Program-made: the position numbers and the translations under genes
Part shown: piece after piece, positions 57,627 to 64,000 of the stretch
Layout: each line of letters starts with the position of its first letter
Numbering within the stretch: position 1 is the first letter of the stretch
The notes under the pieces: model-generated
The model's input: only the letters and a program-made list of their open reading frames with translations
Databases searched by the model: none
Told to the model about the DNA's origin: nothing
Assembly: GCA_047639165.1 (NCBI GenBank)
Contig: JBLINH010000001.1
Coordinates: forward strand, 6,054 to 70,053
Direction: 5' to 3'
Origin: Minisyncoccia bacterium
Lineage (GTDB): Bacteria > Patescibacteriota > Minisyncoccia > Phycocordibacterales > JAACPR01
DNA length: 64,000 nucleotides

Positions 57627-59639
57627 CTATTTCTTTCTCATCTCCTCCAGAATCTTTATCTCATCACGAAGTATAGCTGCTGTTTCAAAATCTAATATCT
57701 TCACAGATCCCTCCATTTGTTTTTCTTTTTGTCGTATTAATTTATCTGGATTCTTTTTAAGTAGTTTAGCGTCTATCTTTAATAGCCTACTAACAGTCTT
57801 CTCATGATCTGTTTGCATTGTTTCAGTAATATCTCTAATCGCTTTTGAAATAGTTTTAGGAGTAATTCCATGTTTCTCATTATATTCCATCTGAATACCT
57901 CGTCTTCTATTTGTTTCGTCTATCGCGTACTCCATTGCTTTTGTCATTCCATCCGCATACAGAATTACACGCCCTTCAACGTTTCTAGCAGCTCTACCGA
58001 TTGTTTGTATAAGTGCGGTTTCTGATCTAAGAAAACCTGCTTTGTCTGCATCTAGTATTCCAATCAATGTAACTTCTGGCATATCTAAACCTTCTCGGAG
58101 TAAGTTAACTCCTACTAATATATCAAACTCTCCTTTTCTAAAAGCTGAAATTATTTCAACTCTTTCAATGGTTTTAATATCACTGTGTATATATTTTGCT
58201 TTTATTCCTTTCTCATCCAAATATTCAGAAAGATCCTCTGCCATTTTCTTTGTAAGTGTCGTCGCAAGTACTCGACCACCTTTTTTGATCTCCTTTAGAG
58301 ACTGTGTTATGAAATCATTTACTTGTCCTTTGTAACTACCTTTTTCAGTTATTGGTTTTACCTCGAGTTTTGGATCAAGTAATCCTGTTGGTCTGATAAT
58401 TTGTCGCGCGATACTTGTACTAACTTCCCCTTCGTATTTACCTGGTGTAGCTGATGTATATATTGTTTGACCAATTCTTTTTTGAAACTCATCAAATTTC
58501 AGAGGTCTGTTGTCTTTAGCACTTGGAAGTCTGAAGCCGTGTTCAACCAAAGTTTGTTTTCTTGAAGCATCTCCTGCATACATTCCGTTTAATTGTGGAA
58601 CTGTTACGTGAGATTCATCTATTACGGTAAGAAAATCAGGTGACCCATCCTTCTTATGTGGAAAATATTCTAAAAGTGTACTTGGGGCTTCTCCAGCTTT
58701 TGCTCTAGAGAAATGTCTTGAGTAGTTCTCAATTCCATTACAATATCCAACCTCTTTTATTAGAGCTAGATCATAACTTGTTCTTCTTTTCAGTCTTTCT
58801 GCTTCCAAAAGCTTTCCTTCCTTTTCAAAAGTCTTCAATTGTTCTTTCAATTCACTTTGGATTGTTTTTACAGCTGCCTTCTTATCTTCCTCATCAGTGA
58901 TGAAATGCTTAGCTGGGAATATGAAAGTAGTTTCCAATTCCTCTATAATTGTTCTATTAACTGCATCTATCTTTGTGATACTTGAAATTGTATCTCCTTC
59001 AAAGATAAAACGAAGGATAAATCTTTCAGACACAGGCATTACTTCAATTGAATTTCCAATAGCTCTCAATGTCCCTGGATTTAGATCAGCATTAGTTCTT
59101 TGGAAGTGGATCCTAACAAGACTTCTAACAAACTCGCTTCGTGAAATCTTTTCTCCTTTCTTTACCTTTAGGTTTACCTTCTCGTATTGCTCTGGTGAAC
59201 CAAGACCATATATACAAGAAACAGAAGCGACGATAATAACATCCTTTCTTGAGAGAAGAGCTTGAGTTGAAGCATGTCTTAATCTGTCTATTTCTTCATT
59301 GATCTGTGCCTCTTTCTCTATATATGTATCAGTCACAGGCATATATGCCTCTGGTTGATAGTAATCATAGTATGAGACAAAGTAATGCACGGCATTATCA
59401 GGAAAAAATTCCGTATACTCTTGAGCTAGCTGAGCAGCTAAAGTTTTGTTGTGTGCGATGACAAGTGTTGGTTTTCCAACCTTTTCTATTATATTCGCCG
59501 CTGTATATGTCTTACCACTCCCGGTAACACCTAAAAGGGTGACATGGTCTTCACCATTCTCAATACCTTTCATCAGGGTTTTGATGGCCGTTGGCTGATC
59601 TCCAGAAGGAGAATATGGGGCTTTTAGTTTGAATTTCAT
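57627..59639 (-). CDS. uvrB: Excinuclease ABC subunit B
   Basis: GVTGSGKTYT, the helicase motifs, the beta-hairpin region YYDYYQPEAY, and a C-terminal UVR domain. Confidence 0.9.
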   Translation of the reverse strand: MKFKLKAPYSPSGDQPTAIKTLMKGIENGEDHVTLLGVTGSGKTYTAANIIEKVGKPTLVIAHNKTLAAQLAQEYTEFFPDNAVHYFVSYYDYYQPEAYMPVTDTYIEKEAQINEEIDRLRHASTQALLSRKDVIIVASVSCIYGLGSPEQYEKVNLKVKKGEKISRSEFVRSLVRIHFQRTNADLNPGTLRAIGNSIEVMPVSERFILRFIFEGDTISSITKIDAVNRTIIEELETTFIFPAKHFITDEEDKKAAVKTIQSELKEQLKTFEKEGKLLEAERLKRRTSYDLALIKEVGYCNGIENYSRHFSRAKAGEAPSTLLEYFPHKKDGSPDFLTVIDESHVTVPQLNGMYAGDASRKQTLVEHGFRLPSAKDNRPLKFDEFQKRIGQTIYTSATPGKYEGEVSTSIARQIIRPTGLLDPKLEVKPITEKGSYKGQVNDFITQSLKEIKKGGRVLATTLTKKMAEDLSEYLDEKGIKAKYIHSDIKTIERVEIISAFRKGEFDILVGVNLLREGLDMPEVTLIGILDADKAGFLRSETALIQTIGRAARNVEGRVILYADGMTKAMEYAIDETNRRRGIQMEYNEKHGITPKTISKAIRDITETMQTDHEKTVSRLLKIDAKLLKKNPDKLIRQKEKQMEGSVKILDFETAAILRDEIKILEEMRKK

Positions 59640-59676
59640 CAGTTTAAAGTACCATTGAAATTACATTATGGAAAGG

Positions 59677-60111
59677 CTAAACTCCTAACTTTTCAAATTT
59701 ACCATCATGTTCTGCTATTTTCTCATGATGGTGAGCCACAAGTTCAGATATTCCTTTTGTGTTATCTCTAAATTCTTCTATTAAGGCACCTGTATGCCTA
59801 TGGAACATTTCTATTACCTCATCGAAACGTTTGTCTACATCACTAAAACATAGATCTATATCGTCAAACTTTTTGTCTACATAATCAAAACGTTTATCTA
59901 CATCACTAAAACGTTTGTCTACATCATCAAAACGTTTGTCTACATCACTAAAACGTAGATCTATATCACTAAAACATAGATCTATATCGTCAAACTTTTT
60001 GTCTACACGTAAAAACTTTCCACCCATGTATCTTTTCAAGTATTCTTTTGTCACATAGTCATTCTTCATTACCCACATCATATCATATGGGCATGAAGTA
60101 CTTTTCAACAT
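59677..60111 (-). CDS. Phe-heptad tandem-repeat protein (144 aa)
   Basis: Residues 33-102 are ten 7-aa repeats F(D/S)x(V/I)D(K/L)(R/C/K), encoded by 21-bp tandem units. The C-terminus is His-rich (HHHEKIAEHDGKFEK). Confidence 0.55.
   Translation of the reverse strand: MLKSTSCPYDMMWVMKNDYVTKEYLKRYMGGKFLRVDKKFDDIDLCFSDIDLRFSDVDKRFDDVDKRFSDVDKRFDYVDKKFDDIDLCFSDVDKRFDEVIEMFHRHTGALIEEFRDNTKGISELVAHHHEKIAEHDGKFEKLGV
59819..60007. repeat. Nine tandem 21-bp repeats, including a perfect 42-bp duplication
   Basis: The units are in phase. 59840-59881 is identical to 59966-60007. Confidence 0.9.
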
Positions 60112-60125
60112 AAAATAAAGGGACC

Positions 60126-61343
60126 TTAAAGATATTCTTTCAAAAATTCATCCCTATACTCCTCAAAACTATCATCTAAGATACTTTGCCTGATATCTTT
60201 CACAAGATTCACTATGAAGTACAAGTTATGTATTGAAGCCAGTGTTCCACTCAACATTTCTTTGGCCTTAAATAAATGATTCAGATATGATTTTGTGTAA
60301 CCCTTACAGGTGTAACATCCACAGTTATCAATCGGGGTGAAATCTTCGATAAACTTCTCATTATTTAAATTAATCTTTCCTTTCTTTGTATACACCTGAC
60401 CGTTCCTAGCAATCCTCGTTGCGGCTACACAATCAAAAAGATCACACCCTCGTTCAATAGCCATGAAGAAATCTTCCGGTTCACCAATCCCTAATAGGTG
60501 TCTTGGTTTTTCTTCAGGTAAAACCTCATTCACCCATTCTACTGCAGTAGACATATCTTCTTTTACAAAACTTCCTCCAATACCGTATCCATCAAAATCC
60601 ATCTCTCCTAAGAATTTAGCACTTTCTTTACGTAAGTCTTCATGGCGTCCTCCTTGAACAACACCGAACAAAGCTTGTCTTTTTGAGTTCTCTTTTGACT
60701 TATGAAAGTCCAAAGATTCTTTAGCCCATCTATGTGTCCTGTCCAATGCTCGTCCTTGATAGTGTTTTGATTCGGCAGGAGATGTACACTCATCAAAAGC
60801 AAATATTATATCAGCTCCAAGGTTGTGTTGAATCTCAATAGATTTAGATGGGGTGAAGTAGTGTGCTGACCCATCAATATGTGATCTGAAGGTTACTCCC
60901 TTCTCATCAATCTTCGCAGGTTTAAAATGCTTTGAAATTTCTCTACCATCTCCGTCATTATTCAGAGGAGCATTTAATTGTAGTTCCACTTCCCCTTTAG
61001 CTATCTTTGTAACTTGATGTCCAAAAGCTGCTCCAAGTGAAAATACTTGAAACCCTCCGGAATCGGTCATTAGTGGTTTGTCCCAATTCATATACTTATG
61101 CAACCCTCCACCTTTAGCTACTACTTCGTCTCCTGGTTGAAGATATAGGTGATATGTATTTGAGAGTGTTACTTCAGCACCAAGACCTTCCAACATTTCC
61201 GGTGTTAAGCCTTTTAGTGTTCCTTTTGTAGCAACAGGAACAAAAGCAGGAGTGTGTATCTTTCCGTGAAGTGTTTCAATTACACCAGCACGCATGAGTT
61301 TGCCTGTCTTCTTTACAATATTAAATTCTATTGGCTTTTCCAT
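60126..61343 (-). CDS. tgt: Queuine tRNA-ribosyltransferase
   Basis: LMTDSGGFQVFSL and the C-terminal zinc site CGCYTC...H. Confidence 0.9.
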   Translation of the reverse strand: MEKPIEFNIVKKTGKLMRAGVIETLHGKIHTPAFVPVATKGTLKGLTPEMLEGLGAEVTLSNTYHLYLQPGDEVVAKGGGLHKYMNWDKPLMTDSGGFQVFSLGAAFGHQVTKIAKGEVELQLNAPLNNDGDGREISKHFKPAKIDEKGVTFRSHIDGSAHYFTPSKSIEIQHNLGADIIFAFDECTSPAESKHYQGRALDRTHRWAKESLDFHKSKENSKRQALFGVVQGGRHEDLRKESAKFLGEMDFDGYGIGGSFVKEDMSTAVEWVNEVLPEEKPRHLLGIGEPEDFFMAIERGCDLFDCVAATRIARNGQVYTKKGKINLNNEKFIEDFTPIDNCGCYTCKGYTKSYLNHLFKAKEMLSGTLASIHNLYFIVNLVKDIRQSILDDSFEEYRDEFLKEYL

Positions 61344-61390
61344 GTAAGTAGCATACTGACTAGTGTATTAAAATCAAGGACTTTGTTACA

Positions 61391-62083
61391 ATGTTCGTAA
61401 TGAAACAAGAAAGACCTCAGAAATATAAACACCCAAAACCTCTAACTTTTAGTGAGTTGGACAAGGATATCCAAGAAAGAGTTGAAAGGATAAACGATGA
61501 GTTCAAAAGAGGTTTTGATTTCTTAAAGAAAAATGAAAGATCCGTAACATTCTTTGGATCAGCAAGAACAAGAGAAACCGAAGAAGACTACATACGCGCA
61601 ATGAGGATAGCTAGGAGAGTATCTAACGAACTTGGCTACGCAGTTGTAACAGGTGGTGGTCCTGGTATCATGCAAGCGGCAAACTGTGGCGCTGCAGATG
61701 GAAAATCTGTTGGACTGACAATAAAGTTACCTAGCGAACAATATACTAACTCATGTGTAACTGATCATATGGACTTTTACTATTTCTTTAGTAGAAAAGT
61801 ATGTCTTTCATTTGCTGCTGAAGCATATGTATATTTCCCAGGAGGTTTTGGAACACTAGATGAGTTGTTCGAAATACTAACTCTAGTTCAAACAAACAAG
61901 ATTGAGCGATTACCTATCATTTTAGTTGGTGAAAAATATTGGAAACCTCTAGACAAGTTTATACGTAAGCAACTACTTAAAGGTGAGAAAATAGATGAAA
62001 AAGATACTGATCTGTACACAATCACTGATGATGAGAACAAGATACTGGAGATGATTAAGTACGCACCTATACGAAGATTTTAA
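61391..62083 (+). CDS. LOG-family protein (TIGR00730 nucleotide 5'-monophosphate nucleosidase-like)
   Basis: VVTGGGPGIMQAAN and YFPGGFGTLDELFE match the LOG motifs. Confidence 0.8.
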   Translation: MFVMKQERPQKYKHPKPLTFSELDKDIQERVERINDEFKRGFDFLKKNERSVTFFGSARTRETEEDYIRAMRIARRVSNELGYAVVTGGGPGIMQAANCGAADGKSVGLTIKLPSEQYTNSCVTDHMDFYYFFSRKVCLSFAAEAYVYFPGGFGTLDELFEILTLVQTNKIERLPIILVGEKYWKPLDKFIRKQLLKGEKIDEKDTDLYTITDDENKILEMIKYAPIRRF

Positions 62084-62111
62084 TTGACTTTTGTGTGTTT
62101 TGTGATATAAT
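62084..62111 (+). promoter_or_regulatory. Near-consensus sigma-70 promoter (TTGACT-16-TGaTATAAT)
   Basis: TTGACT at 62084-89, and an extended -10 TGaTATAAT ending at 62111. Confidence 0.55.
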
Positions 62112-62170
62112 ATATAAAGGAGTGAGACAAAACGTCTTGCGATATAAACTTTAAAAAGGAGAACCGCATT

Positions 62171-62386
62171 ATGAAGAAGAACACCGCCGCATTATTGTTA
62201 TTGATAGGAGCTGGAATCATCTTAGCTATTTCAGGAAATAACGCAGTTCCTGAAATAGATAATGTACTCATGTTCAAGGAATACTCGAACATGAATCAAC
62301 TATCTACATGGTTCTTCAGAGCCATGTCTGCGATGTTAGTACTAGCGTCACTATTAATATTCTTCTCTCCAAAAAGTAGAATATAA
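62171..62386 (+). CDS. Small 2-TM membrane protein (71 aa) with a strong SD
   Basis: AAGGAG sits 9 nt upstream of the ATG, which is rare in this window. Two hydrophobic helices, then a terminator. Confidence 0.55.
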   Translation: MKKNTAALLLLIGAGIILAISGNNAVPEIDNVLMFKEYSNMNQLSTWFFRAMSAMLVLASLLIFFSPKSRI

Positions 62387-62395
62387 CACCCACAG

Positions 62396-62430
62396 AGAAC
62401 ACCCTTCTACCGAGGGTGTTTTTTTATTTT
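62396..62430. terminator. Bidirectional rho-independent terminator
   Basis: 8-bp stem aacaccct/agggtgtt followed by a T-run. It abuts the mscS stop. Confidence 0.7.
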
Positions 62431-63263
62431 TGCTTCACAACAACTTGTGGGAATGGGATCTCAATTCCTTCTTTATCAAAAGCATTCTTTAGTCTCTTTC
62501 TAAGTTCTCCAGACACCTCCCACTGTCTTTGAGGTTTTGTTTCACCTAATATTTTTATCATCACAGAAGAGTCTGCGAGCTCATTAACCCTAAGGAACTT
62601 AGGAGCTTTTGTGATCTTGTCAGAAAACTCTGGGTCTTTGGCAAGCTCTTCTCCTACTTTGTTTACTACTTTCTCCACATGATCTATATCAGCATCATAC
62701 GACACACCAATATCCATATTAACTCTAGAGAAAATCTTTGACTTATTAGAGACAGTACTAATTTCACCGTGAGGTACATAGTGCAGTGTTCCATCTAAGT
62801 CTCGAATTACAGTAACTCGTAAAGATACATCTTCAACTGTTCCACCTTTACCACCAATATCAATTGTATCTCCAACTCTGTATTGATTCTCAAGAATAAT
62901 AAAAAGTCCTGTAACAATATCTCGTATCAAATACTGTGCCCCAAAACCAACAGCAAGACCTATAACCCCAGCTCCAGCTATTAGAGGTGCTATATCTATA
63001 CCGAACTCTGAGATAATCATTAGCGTCACAACTAACCAAAGTATCACACTGAATGTACCGTTGAATATTTGGATAATAGTTTCCTCTCTTTTCTCCTCAG
63101 CTTCTTGTGATATGTGCATGTCAGAACGAATTAACTTTCTGGTTAATTTGTCGATAAAGAAGTTAGCTACTTTCTTTAGAATAATTCCTACCAAAAGTAT
63201 AGCTAGTATTTTAAGTCCATGTTCATTGAACCATGGCTCCAATGTTTTAATGATGTTCTCCAT
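62424..63263 (-). CDS. Small-conductance mechanosensitive channel (MscS family)
   Basis: Three TM helices and an MscS beta domain (GDTIDIGGKGGTVEDVSLRVTVIRDLDGTLHYVPHGEIS). Confidence 0.85.
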   Translation of the reverse strand: MENIIKTLEPWFNEHGLKILAILLVGIILKKVANFFIDKLTRKLIRSDMHISQEAEEKREETIIQIFNGTFSVILWLVVTLMIISEFGIDIAPLIAGAGVIGLAVGFGAQYLIRDIVTGLFIILENQYRVGDTIDIGGKGGTVEDVSLRVTVIRDLDGTLHYVPHGEISTVSNKSKIFSRVNMDIGVSYDADIDHVEKVVNKVGEELAKDPEFSDKITKAPKFLRVNELADSSVMIKILGETKPQRQWEVSGELRKRLKNAFDKEGIEIPFPQVVVKQK

Positions 63264-63388
63264 AAATAATATTTAGTTTAATATCACTACAATATACCAA
63301 TATCTTTAAATATTAAAATAGAACCTTCGTTGTACTAAATTTGCATGTATAGTAAACTTTACATTAATTACTCGTAACTAAAAGACTT

Positions 63389-64000
63389 ATGACAAAGAAA
63401 ATAATTTTAATAATAGTCTTAATACTAGCTATCATGGGAATATCAAAATTAACGGGAGGCAGTGAAGATATAAATGACGGTCCTAATAAAAACTCTCAAC
63501 AAGCTTTTTTGGATATTAATTTGAAAACCAATACTTCAATATCTTCAATACCTCTTGAAGAAGTTTTAGGTGGTGGTCCTCCAAAAGATGGGATCCCTGC
63601 AATCATAGAACCTAAATTTATACCAGTCGCTGATGCAATAGAAGTTGAGGAAGGTGAAAGATTTGGAATTTCTGTAACCGTTGGAGAAACTTCTAGATTC
63701 TATCCATACAGTATTTTAGTTTGGCATGAGATTGTAAACGATGTTATTGAAGAACAAGATGTCTTAGTAACATTCTGTCCTCTTTGTGGATCAGGAATTG
63801 TATTTGATTCTACTGGAAAAACTTTTGGTGTATCAGGAAAACTATGGCAATCAAATCTCCTAATGTACGATCACGAAACAGAAACTCTTTGGTCACAAAG
63901 TATTGGTACAGCAGTGGTTGGTGAAAAGACAGGTGAAAAACTTGATATATTTCCGTCACAACTCATCTCATTCGATGAGTTCAGTGAGAAGCACCCCGAT
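63389..64000 (+). CDS. DUF3179-family secreted protein, 3' partial
   Basis: Signal peptide, then GGPPKDGIPAIIEPKF, which is characteristic of DUF3179. The ORF runs past the window end. Confidence 0.6.
   Translation, partial: MTKKIILIIVLILAIMGISKLTGGSEDINDGPNKNSQQAFLDINLKTNTSISSIPLEEVLGGGPPKDGIPAIIEPKFIPVADAIEVEEGERFGISVTVGETSRFYPYSILVWHEIVNDVIEEQDVLVTFCPLCGSGIVFDSTGKTFGVSGKLWQSNLLMYDHETETLWSQSIGTAVVGEKTGEKLDIFPSQLISFDEFSEKHPD

Noticed and set aside
1-64000. Looked for CRISPR arrays, rRNA genes, integrases, transposases, reverse transcriptases (YADD) and toxin-antitoxin pairs.
   Set aside because: No short direct-repeat and spacer periodicity was seen, and no rRNA-like conserved blocks. None of the ORF translations showed integrase, transposase or RT catalytic motifs. 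The only tandem repeat is the in-frame 21-bp coding repeat at 59819-60007.

Overview
This is a gene-dense, AT-rich 64 kb window with most genes on the minus strand. It looks like a genome-reduced bacterium, possibly CPR/Patescibacteria-like; the evidence is compact AlaRS and UvrC, no visible Shine-Dalgarno at several highly expressed genes, and many small membrane proteins. Part 1, the recognisable housekeeping content: ribosomal proteins L9, L27, S9, L13, L17, S4, S11 and S13 with rpoA and infA. A division/cell-wall cluster holds scpA, scpB, a PBP5-like D-Ala-D-Ala carboxypeptidase, mraY, ftsW, murG, an M23 peptidase, femX and ddl, plus two MltG paralogs. The chaperone operon grpE-dnaK is followed by a type II dnaJ. 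Also present are the aaRS genes gltX, trpS, alaS and leuS, then uvrA, uvrB, uvrC, adk, ychF, tgt, mnmA, speH, mscS, a LOG-family protein and one tRNA-Ala(UGC). Part 2, the features that stand out: (1) an AT-rich accessory island at about 13.5-17.5 kb made only of small hydrolases. It holds a YdeN-like esterase, two Tiki/TraB/Ere-superfamily paralogs (one disrupted at an A7 homopolymer) and a translationally coupled NUDIX-HIT-NUDIX trio. (2) A 210-aa homing-endonuclease-like gene exactly flanked by 14-bp inverted repeats. (3) An operon pairing an ATP-cone/Mrr-type PD-(D/E)xK nuclease with a small secreted protein and a 72-aa membrane protein. (4) A promoter-to-terminator cassette between uvrC and uvrA that may be an sRNA or a small membrane protein. 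(5) A 144-aa protein built from nine 21-bp tandem repeats (Phe-heptads) including a perfect 42-bp duplication. (6) A sigma-70 region-4 fusion protein. (7) A small gene wedged convergently between dnaK and dnaJ. (8) A standalone secreted GH25 lysozyme. (9) An orphan perfect palindrome. No CRISPR array, rRNA, integrase or transposase was recognised. All coordinates and family calls come from reading the sequence and from motif knowledge; no database search was possible.
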